From: an uncultured Methanoregulaceae archaeon
GTDB lineage: Archaea > Halobacteriota > Methanomicrobia > Methanomicrobiales > Methanospirillaceae
Length of the DNA: 64,000 bases
Reading direction: 5' to 3'
Assembly (NCBI GenBank): GCA_963705255.1
Contig: OY970061.1
Span: forward strand, 1,280,001 to 1,344,000
Below are positions 12,521 to 22,909 of this stretch, in pieces (the stretch's first letter is position 1; each line of letters opens with the position of its first letter). The translations under genes were made by a program, and so were the position numbers. The notes beneath the pieces were generated by a model. That model was not told where the DNA came from, ran no database searches, and saw nothing but the letters and a program-made list of their open reading frames with translations.

Positions 12521-13642
12521 TTATCCGAGCGAGAACGTCCCGTACTTCCCGCCGCCGCCCGGGTGGAGGACCACGCTGCCGCTCCGCAGGGTGTCGACTG
12601 CATCGGCAACCTCCGGGTGAAGAGTGCGGAGCTCCGCGACCGGTGCATCGATCAGCACGGCGATCTCGTTCCCGAACATGCTGATGAACGAGGAGTAGAT
12701 CGCCGTACACTTCTTCGTGTACGGGGACGAGGCGCCCTCGACGGTCTGGATGATCTGGCCGAGCGGGACGATATGGAGGTACGGCGGACGGGGGCGGGGC
12801 GTGCCGCCCTTCGAGAGCTCGCGGGCCCGGTCGGACACCCCCTTTTTTATGATCCCGCCGTCATCCGGGCAGCGCCATTCGTACCGTACGGCCTCTTCAT
12901 AGGAATACTGGGTGAAGCAGCGGACACACGCGGTGCGGTTGTACTTCCCTTCTTCCGGGAAGAACCCGGCGTTCATCGCGATACCCCCCTCCTTCACGCA
13001 GGCAAGCACCCCCTTTACCGAGAGCGCTTTTGGGAGGAGGCGGTTGAACTCGCGCCCTATCTTCTCCTGCCGGGGGCTGTGGGCATCCGAGTTGGTGAGA
13101 AACGGGACATTGTACAGGTCCGGGATCGCCGCACCGTATGAGCTGTCCGCCGAGAGCCCGAGCTCGAGGAAATCGATGGGTTCCGTCCCATAACAGTCGC
13201 TGACCAGGTTGAAGTAGGCGTACATCGCAGTCCACGGCGTGAAGGCGTGCGCCGGCCCGATCAGCGCACCGGCTTCGTGGGCTGCGGCGGCAATCTCCCC
13301 GCCGCTCAAGTAGACGTGGGGCCTGCCGTTCGTCGCGAAACTCCTGCATTTCCCGGCCATCAGGTCCCGGAGCTGTCCGAACTGTGCCGGGTCTTCTGCG
13401 AGGATGACGTGGTGGACCCGCCGCTCGTCCTCCACCTCGCCCTGCGGGACGATGACGATCCCGGCACCGTTCTCCCGGAACGGTTCCCATGCCTTCATCC
13501 ATCCCGGGTGGAGTGCGTCCCCGGTGCCGAGCACGTGGATGCCCTTGGTGACACAGACCCGGATCAGACTTTCCGGCTGCATGGCCCGGGATACCGCCAT
13601 CGAATACGGGGAATGGATGTGGAGGTCGGCGTTCACGAACAT
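12521..13642 (-). CDS. Endonuclease Q family (PHP domain, C4 zinc site)
   Basis: ADLHIHSPYS, PAHAFTPW, ELGLSADS, NSDAHSP, GKYNRTAC..C, PGGGGKYG. Confidence 0.88.
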   Translation of the reverse strand: MFVNADLHIHSPYSMAVSRAMQPESLIRVCVTKGIHVLGTGDALHPGWMKAWEPFRENGAGIVIVPQGEVEDERRVHHVILAEDPAQFGQLRDLMAGKCRSFATNGRPHVYLSGGEIAAAAHEAGALIGPAHAFTPWTAMYAYFNLVSDCYGTEPIDFLELGLSADSSYGAAIPDLYNVPFLTNSDAHSPRQEKIGREFNRLLPKALSVKGVLACVKEGGIAMNAGFFPEEGKYNRTACVRCFTQYSYEEAVRYEWRCPDDGGIIKKGVSDRARELSKGGTPRPRPPYLHIVPLGQIIQTVEGASSPYTKKCTAIYSSFISMFGNEIAVLIDAPVAELRTLHPEVADAVDTLRSGSVVLHPGGGGKYGTFSLG

Positions 13643-13862
13643 GGCTACTTACCGGTTGTCCTTTGCGGGATATAATGTGAGCCATCCGGAACCAGGAGGA
13701 TCGATAGAATCCGCGAACTCATTCAGGTTGGGCGGCCTGCCCCGGTCCGGAATTTCCCTCAGGGGCCGGGATTCTGTCACAGCTGAGATATGAAATGCCC
13801 CGTTCACAATGTTTATCATAACTCCTGTTGATGAGAACTTTATTAAAAGGAGGAGAAAAACC

Positions 13863-14471
13863 ATGGAACATGCTCCGAAAGGCTGCCTGGAACTGCTGAG
13901 CGACAAGAACAGCATGCTGGTGCTCGTGGACTACCAGTCCACGATGTTCAAGGGTGTAGCGTCCGGTGACAAGACGATCATCAGGAATGCCGCGTACTGT
14001 GCGGCAAAGGCCGCAAGCATCCTGAGCATACCGGTGGTATTGTCGGCTATCAACCCGTCGGGGAACGGGGAGTTCATGCCCGAGATCGCGAGACTCTTCC
14101 CCGGGCAGGAAGTCTTCTCCCGGAAGGTGCTGAGTTTCGATGCCTTCGAGGACGAGCGGACATGGAACGCGGCGAAGAAGGCCGCAAGGAAGAAGATGGT
14201 CGTCTCGGGCCTCTGGACGAGCATGTGCTTTGCCTACACAGCCATCCATGCCATCAAAGAAGGCTACGAGGTGTACGGCCTCATCGATGCTGCGGGCGAT
14301 TCCACGCACGATGCCCATAAGTATGGCGTGAAACGGATGCTGCAGGCAGGCGTCATCCCGATCACGGTCGAGTCGCTCGTCTCGGAATGGATGCACGACT
14401 GGGGGAACCCGAAGGTCGGCGACCTCGTAAAGGAAGTATACTCGCGGTATGGGTACATGATAGGGTTCTGA
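13863..14471 (+). CDS. Isochorismatase family (YcaC-like) hydrolase
   Basis: VLVDYQ, GLWTSMC catalytic Cys motif; AGGAGGA SD before ATG 13863. Confidence 0.88.
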   Translation: MEHAPKGCLELLSDKNSMLVLVDYQSTMFKGVASGDKTIIRNAAYCAAKAASILSIPVVLSAINPSGNGEFMPEIARLFPGQEVFSRKVLSFDAFEDERTWNAAKKAARKKMVVSGLWTSMCFAYTAIHAIKEGYEVYGLIDAAGDSTHDAHKYGVKRMLQAGVIPITVESLVSEWMHDWGNPKVGDLVKEVYSRYGYMIGF

Positions 14472-14744
14472 TTCTGTACGGCGGGCTGCAGGAAAGATGC
14501 GGAGTACCGCTGATAGCTGAGGATGAAAAAACCAGAGAGAGGCAAGCGTGTCTCACCCCCAGCTTCCTTATTTCCGGGACCGCCCGGCCGCGGCTGAACG
14601 TACCCTGTCCCGGTACAGGCCGTTGAACGAATGGTCATGCCCCCCCGACCGGGGCGTGATATAGAGTTCTGATACCTTTTTGGCGGGAGGAGATGATAGC
14701 CGACGGGGATATTGGGTAAAAAACGAGTATTGCCCCGGGTACTG

Positions 14745-15515
14745 TCACGTACCCTGCCGCTGGTATGCCGGCTTGTTCGTGCAGAACTCGAATACGCACA
14801 TGGCGTCACTGTTGTCAGCGACATGATGCGGGACGTGATAACGCCGGAGTATCTCATGGCGGATGAAGCCGGCGCCGGTCAGGTGAGCGGTCAGCTCCTC
14901 TCTCGGCATGACGCGTGGCGGCCCCCGTTCGTCAGGAGACCTGGCCGCCCCATCCACCAGCCCGAGCGTGGAACCAAAGAGGACGCCGCCGGGCCTGAGG
15001 GCAGAGTACGCGTTCGCAAGATACGTTCCGAGTTCCTCCTCGTCGGCGATCACGTGAAGAACGGAGGCGGAATACACAATCCCGAACTCCGCCGGCCCGA
15101 ACGGGAACGCCTCTGAAACGATGAAGAGGTCACCGATCTCCTCTTTGTCACGGTACAGGTCAAACCCGAGATCGATGCTCGCCCGGTTGATATCGAACGC
15201 GGTGATCCTCTCCCGGGGAAAACCGTCCCGGATAACCTGCCGGACATTGTCCCCGGTGCCGCAGCCGTAATCGAGGAGCCTGCCGATCCTTCTGAGCGCA
15301 CGGGAATAGAAGAAGTGGTTGTTGATCCGCGGTTGCCCGAGGATCATGAGGATGTGGGGATAGCGAATCCCCTCCCGGGTGTACTTCTCTAGGAGCGCCC
15401 GGTAATACCCAGCCGGATAGGCGACACCGTAGGCTTCGATCCGTTTCATGGCGGTGCAGAGTTCCTCCGTGAGTGTCTTTCCTGGCGGGAACCTGTGGGG
15501 TGTTGGTGCAGGCAT
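14745..15515 (-). CDS. Class I SAM-dependent methyltransferase
   Basis: LLDYGCGTG, AFDIN, SASVLH, LRPGGVLFG. Confidence 0.85.
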   Translation of the reverse strand: MPAPTPHRFPPGKTLTEELCTAMKRIEAYGVAYPAGYYRALLEKYTREGIRYPHILMILGQPRINNHFFYSRALRRIGRLLDYGCGTGDNVRQVIRDGFPRERITAFDINRASIDLGFDLYRDKEEIGDLFIVSEAFPFGPAEFGIVYSASVLHVIADEEELGTYLANAYSALRPGGVLFGSTLGLVDGAARSPDERGPPRVMPREELTAHLTGAGFIRHEILRRYHVPHHVADNSDAMCVFEFCTNKPAYQRQGT

Positions 15516-15771
15516 CGCAGGATAAGTGTACGCCAGAAGAATATTCATGGTTATCGCAGCTGGGCGGGAGGGTGTTCCCTTGTAAGGGATAACTACGAGA
15601 GGGTCGCGGAGTCCGGGATGAGCTGGGATGGTGCGGGGGTTAACGGATAATCGGTAAGAAGGAGAAAGCGTAAAGGTGTCCGATATATTCTGTCCAGATA
15701 TTCGGGATAATGTCGTATTTTTGGGAAAATAACTTGTTTTTTTGGAAGTGATTTTCTTTTATCAAATCTGG

Positions 15772-15881
15772 GAGGTCTCCCCGCCTCAGGGCCTCTCCGA
15801 GGCACGGCGGGGGCAGATACCGGTTTTTAGATTGAACGGTAATTGATGCCGCCGCGGGGGCGCCCCGCCGGGGGCGGCGGC
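15772..15881. repeat. Dispersed GC-rich bipartite hairpin element, copy 1
   Basis: 15772-15812 is identical over 41 bp to 53079-53119; second module CGGTAATTGAT(G)CCGCCGCGGGGGCG...GCGGCGGC is also shared. Confidence 0.88.
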
Positions 15882-16125
15882 AGATATCACACCGGTGTAT
15901 AGCACACATCAAACCTTCTACACTATCAAAAGATATTATGTGAATGGGAAACAAGCATGAACCAAATTAATTCACGCACATTTCTGCAAAGCATCGGTTT
16001 TCACTATTCGTATAAGTTTTCGGAATCAATCCTATTTTTTCTTTAATCTCTAAAATAGAATAAAATTTAAGTTCATTATCAATAAATGCCTGATGATAGC
16101 TGCATGCCTGTCAGTGAGAAATGCA

Positions 16126-16869
16126 ATGTTCTATAATGACTCCTTTGATGTAAGTGCTGAAAAATGGATTGAACTGCTTACTGACAAAGAGGTTACTAAA
16201 GATATCGATATGAAGATTCTAAGGATCGTATATGAAAGCAAAAACCACGAGATCCGAGGTTCAGATATCGCGTTAAAATTAAACTACTCTAGCCATGGGG
16301 CGATTAACTTACAAATTGGTAGATTTGGTAAACGCGTAATTGCAAAAACTGGTATCCAACCACCTTTGAGAAGAGATGGAAAACCCCGATGGTGGCATAT
16401 CCCCTTCTTAGGATACGAAAGCGGGGGCCGGTTCCCGTGGATAATGCGACCTGATTTGGTGATGGCGTTTGACACGATTTACGGTCAAGGCAACACTGAA
16501 CTTTTATATTCCGGCGAGTTAACCAATGAAGATTCTCCACATCTCCACGAAGGTGCAGTAAGTCAGGTTTTAGTGAACCGTTATGAACGAAACAGTGATG
16601 CACGAAGTATATGCATTGCTCATCACGGTAGTCTATGTGCAGTCTGTGGGTTTGATTTCGAAAAAATGTATGGACCGATAGGCAAAAATAAGGTTCATAT
16701 CCACCATCTCATTCCACTATCAAAAATCCAGCAAGAGTACAATATAGATCCAGTGAAAGATTTACGTCCTGTATGCCCAAATTGTCACCTAATAATTCAC
16801 AATAAAATGGAACCATTCACAATCGAAGAGGTAAGAGAAATGATCAGCACATTTAGCAATGGTAAATAA
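16126..16869 (+). CDS. HNH endonuclease, McrA-like
   Basis: YERNSDARSICI...CAVCGFDF...HIHHLIPL...LRPVCPNCHLIIH; visibly AT-rich versus flanks. Confidence 0.88.
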   Translation: MFYNDSFDVSAEKWIELLTDKEVTKDIDMKILRIVYESKNHEIRGSDIALKLNYSSHGAINLQIGRFGKRVIAKTGIQPPLRRDGKPRWWHIPFLGYESGGRFPWIMRPDLVMAFDTIYGQGNTELLYSGELTNEDSPHLHEGAVSQVLVNRYERNSDARSICIAHHGSLCAVCGFDFEKMYGPIGKNKVHIHHLIPLSKIQQEYNIDPVKDLRPVCPNCHLIIHNKMEPFTIEEVREMISTFSNGK

Positions 16870-16971
16870 TTGATTGAGATCGCCCTTTTTCACTGAATGA
16901 GTATCATCATCAGGACCGGCGTGAACCAGGTTGATTCATTCAAGGGTCACCCCGGAACATCTGCCCCGCAC

Positions 16972-17727
16972 TCACCCGATGTAACTCAACTCTTCGTTTT
17001 TCATCTTCTCGCCTTCGACAAGGCCCTCGATGACCTTCTCCATCTCGCTCGCCCGGTCGTTGAGCTTCGTGGGATCGACCGGCACACCGATCAGGTTCGA
17101 GAGGATGGCAAGGACGCTTGCCGCGGCCATCGGGTCCACGAGGTACCCGCTCGTCTCGCCCATCAGGCAGACCGCTTCAATGCCCCGCAGGGCGGAGAGG
17201 CCGAGCATGAGGCCTGCCGCACCGATGATCCCGCCGCCCGGCTCGTCCCGGTTGAAGATGACACCAGCGGTCTCGAGCTCCTCCCGGAGCTCCGCCCGGT
17301 TCACGGCCCCGAGGACCCGGGGCTCGTTCACGAGGTGGCCGACGCCGAAGCCCCCGAGCGTGTAGATCCGTTTCACGTTGAGCTCCTCTGCTATCTCGCA
17401 GTAGGTGTCGGCGAGGAGGTAATGTCCCTCGTTGGAGGTGCTCTGGTGGTCCCCGACGAGAAAGACGATATCTTTTCCCGCGCTCTGGCAGAGCCAGAGC
17501 TCGTTCCGGGCCAGGCGGACGAGCCCGTTCTCGTCGAGGATGACCTGGGGAGGCAGGTAGATGGAGTGGATCTCCCCGATCTTCTCGGCCACGAGCATGT
17601 GGATCATGTACTCGGCCACGAGTTTTCCGACCTGGCCGATGCCGGGGAGCCCTTCGATCAGGATCGGGTCGACGGGTCTCTTGTCTTTGAAACTTTCCAG
17701 GTACCGGACCGAGATGTCCTCAATCAT
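16972..17727 (-). CDS. Proteasome assembly chaperone (PAC2 family)
   Basis: LIEGLPGIGQVGKL, YTLGGF, CLMGETSGYLVDP; conserved position after nop10. Confidence 0.9.
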   Translation of the reverse strand: MIEDISVRYLESFKDKRPVDPILIEGLPGIGQVGKLVAEYMIHMLVAEKIGEIHSIYLPPQVILDENGLVRLARNELWLCQSAGKDIVFLVGDHQSTSNEGHYLLADTYCEIAEELNVKRIYTLGGFGVGHLVNEPRVLGAVNRAELREELETAGVIFNRDEPGGGIIGAAGLMLGLSALRGIEAVCLMGETSGYLVDPMAAASVLAILSNLIGVPVDPTKLNDRASEMEKVIEGLVEGEKMKNEELSYIG

Positions 17728-17875
17728 GCTTCGCCATCCTCCGGTATCTCCCGTACTTGTCTTCCGGGGAAAAACGGGCGGGGTGGGCGACGGATGTCGG
17801 CCTGCCGCAGGCAGGACAGGTGGGAGAAAGGGTATAGATATGGTCTGCCATGCACTGCCGGATGCGCCCGCTCAT
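17720..17875 (-). CDS. nop10: H/ACA RNP protein Nop10 (51 aa; not in ORF track)
   Basis: Hand translation MSGRIRQCMADHIYTLSPTCPACGRPTSVAHPARFSPEDKYGRYRRMAKHD*. Confidence 0.93.
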   Translation of the reverse strand: MSGRIRQCMADHIYTLSPTCPACGRPTSVAHPARFSPEDKYGRYRRMAKHD

Positions 17876-18663
17876 TGGCTCTTCCCGGACTTCGGTTTCT
17901 TGACGAGCTTGCCCTCGCCACCGGCTTTTTCCACGACCGCGATCGCGGCGCTCGCAGCCTTCTCGATCGCCTTCTCGGCAGACTTGTAGTCCGGCGCGGT
18001 CACCTTGATCCGGTAGGTCGGGGCCCCGAGGTAGAGGAGCTCGATATCCGCTCCTGAACTCTTCGAGGCGTTCGCCTTCTCGAGCGCCTTCCGGATGACC
18101 TCGACCCCGTCGGGTTTCGTGGACTCGAGGATCAGGTGCCCGGTCACTTCGACCCGGGGCACTTTCACGCTCTCCTCTGCCACCCGCTGGAGGACCTCGG
18201 AGACCTTCTTCGGGAGGCCGAGTTTTTTGAGCGTAGTCTCGGGATCGATCACAATATCTTCAAAGACCGGGTAGAAAGCCCCGTACTTCCTGAAGATCAG
18301 GTCCTCGATCGGGGCGAGTGGCTCGCCCGTCTGCTCTGCCACGAACCCGAGCCATTTCTGGGCCTTGGACTCGTTCTTCCACTCGCGGATCTTCTCGCGC
18401 CGCTGGTGCTCGTTGACGTCTTTTAAGGAGAGGTCGATGTGGCCGCGGTTCCGGTCGACGTTGAGGACCTTGCAGACGATCTTCTGGCCCTCCCGGATGT
18501 GGTCACGGATGTACTTGATCCAGCCCGTTGCGATCTCAGAGATGGGGATGAGCCCCTGGCGGCCACCGTACTCGTCAAGGGAGACGAATGCCACGAAGTC
18601 CTTGACGTTCTCTACGGTGCAGACGACCAGTTCCGATTCCTGTGGCCATTCCCTGTCGAGCAT
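17872..18663 (-). CDS. eif2a: Translation initiation factor 2 alpha subunit
   Basis: S1 domain WPQESELVVCTV...HIDLSLK; GAPTYRI; start at MLDREWP. Confidence 0.95.
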   Translation of the reverse strand: MLDREWPQESELVVCTVENVKDFVAFVSLDEYGGRQGLIPISEIATGWIKYIRDHIREGQKIVCKVLNVDRNRGHIDLSLKDVNEHQRREKIREWKNESKAQKWLGFVAEQTGEPLAPIEDLIFRKYGAFYPVFEDIVIDPETTLKKLGLPKKVSEVLQRVAEESVKVPRVEVTGHLILESTKPDGVEVIRKALEKANASKSSGADIELLYLGAPTYRIKVTAPDYKSAEKAIEKAASAAIAVVEKAGGEGKLVKKPKSGKSQ

Positions 18664-18671
18664 GGGAGGTA

Positions 18672-18860
18672 TCACTTGAGCTCTTGGACGATCTCGGCCT
18701 TGAGGATTGCGCGTCCTCCGGCGGGGATTGCGAGATCGCGCCCGCAGACAACGCACTTGACAACCGTGCTCGCCTTCTCAAAGACGGTCTGCTCGTTCTC
18801 ACAGTCAGGACATTTTACTTTGTAGAATTTACTCCGGTTTTCCCGTATCTGGCTTACCAT
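18672..18860 (-). CDS. rps27e: 30S ribosomal protein S27e
   Basis: SKFYKVKCPDCENEQTVF...CVVCG. Confidence 0.96.
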   Translation of the reverse strand: MVSQIRENRSKFYKVKCPDCENEQTVFEKASTVVKCVVCGRDLAIPAGGRAILKAEIVQELK

Positions 18861-18865
18861 CCTGC

Positions 18866-19144
18866 TCACTCCGTCAGTTCAAACTTTGCGACACGGTAAC
18901 CCTTGCGCAGGTGCGCCTTCTTGCAGACGACACAGCGGTACCGTACATTGATCTTCTTCGTCGGCTTGTCTCCGCCAGGCACCTTGGAGAACTTGCCCAT
19001 GTTGCCTACCGTACCTCTCCGCGCCTTCTGGCGGTCAATCCAGTGGAGGCCGGTCGTCTTGCCTTTCTTTACCTTCTCGACCTCGTGAACCTGGTGGCTC
19101 CTGCAGAAAGGACAGTAGGTGTTGAATTTTGCTGGCATTTTCAT
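18866..19144 (-). CDS. rpl44e: 50S ribosomal protein L44e
   Basis: TYCPFC...[19 protein letters not shown]. Confidence 0.96.
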   Translation of the reverse strand: MKMPAKFNTYCPFCRSHQVHEVEKVKKGKTTGLHWIDRQKARRGTVGNMGKFSKVPGGDKPTKKINVRYRCVVCKKAHLRKGYRVAKFELTE

Positions 19145-19182
19145 GAAAATTTCACCGATAATCCTGAATCGAATACCTTATA

Positions 19183-19848
19183 TTATTTACAGAGGTTGAT
19201 ATTTAAGACTATGTTGCGCTCGCTCAGGACCGCAGCATTCCGCTCGGGAAGCGTCACTATATCTCCTTTCGAGAGAGTATAAATCCTCCCATCCACGCCC
19301 ATGAACGACTCCATGTCCTCGAGCACCCGGACGAGGGCGCACGGGTGGGAGATGGGCAGGGCCCCTTTCGGTGCGGCCACCGGCAGGGCCTCCGGTTCCT
19401 CTTCCTGTTGCGGTCCGGGCTCGCCGCCCTCGTCTTCGGCAGCCACCGTATGGCGGAGGGCATGGAGCGTGTGGGGGACGTTGTGCAGGAGGACGCCCTG
19501 GCACTGTTCGATGCTTGCCGTGATCTGCTCGAACATCTCTTTCTCGGACGGGATCATCCGCTTCACTTCCTCGCGGTCGTAATAGCTCCCTTCCGCGTGC
19601 ATGACGGTGAGGGCGAGGATCTTGCGCGAGCGGATCGCAAAGATGTCCTGCAGTGTCTCCCGGATCGCGAGGGTCTCGTCGATGAGGGAACGGGCCTCGT
19701 CCGAGAACGGGTCCTCGAACGCGTAGACCTTCCTGGTGATGGCCGCCAGTTCCGCGTGCCCTTTCTCGAACAGGTCCGGGACTACCGCGGTGAGCCGTCC
19801 CGTCTCGCGTTCGGACAGCAGGGTGCTGCGCAGGTCGTCAAGCTTCAT
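19183..19848 (-). CDS. GINS complex subunit (Gins51/Gins15-like)
   Basis: Helical N-domain with RSRKI, C-terminal FMGVDGRIYTLSKGDIVTLP B-domain; lies between priS and rpl44e as is usual in archaea. Confidence 0.8.
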   Translation of the reverse strand: MKLDDLRSTLLSERETGRLTAVVPDLFEKGHAELAAITRKVYAFEDPFSDEARSLIDETLAIRETLQDIFAIRSRKILALTVMHAEGSYYDREEVKRMIPSEKEMFEQITASIEQCQGVLLHNVPHTLHALRHTVAAEDEGGEPGPQQEEEPEALPVAAPKGALPISHPCALVRVLEDMESFMGVDGRIYTLSKGDIVTLPERNAAVLSERNIVLNINLCK

Positions 19849-19857
19849 CTCGTCTCC

Positions 19858-20989
19858 TCAGGCGATCTCCGCCATGCCGCGGCAGCAGAGGAAGACTGCC
19901 ACCGCTTCGGGTACTGTAGTGATGCCTTTTTGGAGCTCGATAAGTACTTCCGAGCATGGGCATCCTGAGCGGGAACTTCTGGTCTACCTTGACGTCCCTC
20001 ATGCCGAACACCACGGCGTCCGTGAGGGGGTCGAAGTCGTGGAGTTCGCGGAGCTCGAGCGGCTGGACCCGCATGCCGCTCCCGCCGTGGAGCGAGGTCG
20101 GCATCCGGATCAGCCGTTTCGTGTCGGTGGTGACCGGTTCGTCGGCGAGGGCAGCCCGGGAGAGGAGACGTTTTCTGAACTCGCCCTCTTCCTGACCGAC
20201 TACAGCGTGGAGGACCCGGTTTTTGAGAAGCATGCTGGTCGGGTGCCGCTCTATGGCGGTGGCGGTCTCCTCGTATTTTTTCAGGAACGCGGCTGCCGAT
20301 TCCTTTCCTACACCTTCGAGCCCCGTGAGGTGGGCCATCGCCTCCCCCTCCGGAAGCGTGCCGATCCACCGGATGTACCCGGCCAGCGTCTCGCGGTAGC
20401 GCCGGGGCCAGCCAGGCGCGGCCGGGATCTTTCCCGAGAGCATCGCCGCCGGGTCGATCCCAATCCCGCAGACATAATCGATCAGCTCCCTGCGCTCGCT
20501 GCTCCCCCACCCGCGGAACGCGATGTCCCGGACGTGGACGTGGTAGCCCCTGCCCCCGGAGAAGACGAGGGCGATGGCCTTCCTGTCCATGCCGAACTCT
20601 TCGATGAGGATCGCGAGGAGTTTCTCGGTCTCCTCCTTGACCCTTGCCAGCATCTGGTCGTAGGGGCCCCGCATGAGATGGTCGGCGTCGAGGTCGAAGA
20701 TCAGGTCGGCCCCGCACCAGCCCTTCTCCGCCATGGTGCCCGCGTCCGGCTTCTCGTAGTACGCCGTCGAGTAGTACGTGTGCTGGGGGACGAGGTTCCG
20801 GATGTACTGGTCGAGTTCCTCCTTGCCGGAGAAGCCCACGTGCCTGCGCATCCGCATCTCGGCCCCGCCGGGGTTGAAGAGCACGAACCCCCACTCCCGT
20901 TGCTCCAGCGATGGCGGGGAGACGAGCACGGTCTTCTTGTAATACTCGGTGAACCGCTGTCTCAGGAATTCTGTTGTGGCCGGGTTCAT
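19858..20989 (-). CDS. priS: DNA primase catalytic (small) subunit (frameshift at ~19940)
   Basis: REWGF, DLIFDLDADH, FSGGRGYHVH, DEPVTTDTKRLIRMPTSLHG; removing one base gives the ending ELQKGITTVPEAVAVFLCCRGMAEIA*. Confidence 0.93.
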
Positions 20990-22562
20990 CGCAGCTCCTT
21001 AACCATGTATGGTCCTGACCGCTCATAGCCCTGTCTCCGGTAATACGGGCGGACGCCGATCCCGCTCATGATGGCGAGGGAGCAAAAGCCGGCGGCGGAG
21101 GCGATCCCCTCGGCCCGGGCGAGGAGCTCCTTCCCATACCTGCGGTGTTGCCACTCCTCGGCCTCGGCGTCTTTTCCCACCGGCACGAGGGTGCCGTAGA
21201 CGTGGAGCTCCCGCAGGAGTGCGGCCCCGGAAAGTTCCGGGCGGAAGACCGTGGACGGGAAGCGGAGGCGGGCAAACCCGATGAGAGAGTCACCGGAGAC
21301 CACGGAGATGAAGTGTTCCTTCCCGCCGCACACCTCATACTCCAGCACCTGTACCTCCGGTTCAGCGAGCGAGGGGAGCCTCCCGATCTCCCTGCAGCGG
21401 ATGCAGCGGCAGCGCCTCCCGGTCGCCCTCAGGTGATCCTGGGCCAGCTGGCGGAAGTTGGAGTGCCGTGAACCGGCGACAATCAGTTTTGCCGGGATGT
21501 CCCGCTGGATCCGCTGGAGCCGGGTGTACTCGGGGATGACGGACTTGGCGTACGCGATCAGCCCAATGAGCTCCGGCTCGGGATAGGGGGCATACCCCCC
21601 CCTCCTCCAGAGGTCCTCGATCTCGGAGCCCGGGGTGACCAGCGTGGGGTAGATCTTGAGGAAGTCCGGGCGGAAGCGGGGGTCGGCAAAGATCGTGTCG
21701 AACATTGTTCTGTCGGCATCGATCGTGGAGCCGGGGAGGTTCGGCATCATGTGGAACCCCACCTTGAGCCCGGCGTCCCGGAGGAGCGTGTTGGCGAGCA
21801 CGGTGTCCCCCACCGTGCAGCCCCGCCGGTTGAAGGCGAGGACAGCATCGTCCGTGTGCTGGACGCCGAGCTCCACCTTCGTCACCCCGAGATCCAGCAT
21901 CCGCCCGATGTGCTCCCGCCGGCACCAGTCCGGGCGGGTCTCGAACGTGATGGCAACGCAGCGGGTTGCGGAGGTCTCGTTCGCTGCCTGGACGGCTGGT
22001 ATACTGAGGGCAGCTCCGCCGGCGTCCCCCGGGGGTAGGTGTTCATCGCCTCGATGCAGCGGGAGACGAACTCCTCCTGGTACTCCACCGGGCGGGCGGT
22101 CATCGTGCCGCCCATCACGATCAGTTCCACCTTGTCCACCCGGTGGCCGAGGATCCCGAACTGCTCCAGCCGGGCGTGGACCTGCCGGAACGGGTCGTAG
22201 CCGTGCTCCCTCGCCCGTTTCGCCGCCGGCTCCTCCCCCGTGTAGCTCTGCGGGGACCTGAACGGGTGCTCCGGCCCTCCCGGGCAGGGGAGGCATTTCC
22301 CGTGCGGGCAGGGCCAGGGCGAGGTCATCACCGCGACCGGCGCAACCCCCGAGAGGGTTCGGGTGGGCTTCACGAGCAGGATCCTCCGCAGGGCCTCCCG
22401 TTCATCCGGCAGGGCAGCCGCAAGGATGGCGGAATTTTTCGGTACCGCGGCGAGGGCATATTTCCGGCAGACGGCGATCTTTGCCGCAACGACCGCTTCG
22501 TCACCGGGCTGCAGGGTGAGGATACGGGAGATCATCTCCCGGAGCGCCAGCACCTCATCCAT
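20986..22562 (-). CDS. elp3: Elp3 radical SAM/GNAT tRNA U34 modification enzyme (frameshift at ~22000-22010)
   Basis: KPTRTLSGVAPVAVM, CPHGKCLPCPGG, then ETRPDWC, LKIYPTLV, LRELHVYG, SGIGVRPYY in the second frame. Confidence 0.92.
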
Positions 22563-22567
22563 GACAA

Positions 22568-22834
22568 TTAATGTTCGGCTGCAACGGTCTGGGATGCAGT
22601 CTCATGAGAATAGTTCACCACGGGCAGGGGGCGGTGGTGGATGTGGGAAACGATCTCGTCACCAAGCGTAAGGAGGGCATCCTTGTGGGCTTTCTTGTCC
22701 TTGTGGATGTGGACAGGAGAGATCTCCAGGGAGTTGTAGCGGTCGGTCTGGATCTCGTCGTTGGTGACGCCTTCGTAGTACTTCTTGATGTGAATCATCA
22801 GCATATGTAAATGAAGCAGCTCTTCCTTTTGCAC
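22568..22834 (-). CDS. UPF0058 family protein
   Basis: MQKEELLHLHML...YNSLEISPVHIHKDKKAHKDA. Confidence 0.85.
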   Translation of the reverse strand: MQKEELLHLHMLMIHIKKYYEGVTNDEIQTDRYNSLEISPVHIHKDKKAHKDALLTLGDEIVSHIHHRPLPVVNYSHETASQTVAAEH

Positions 22835-22909
22835 ACAATCACCTTTTCCAAGATGATCCTTTTTTTGTCCTGCACATATACCTTATTGGTGAGATTTATA
22901 TCAGGAAAG

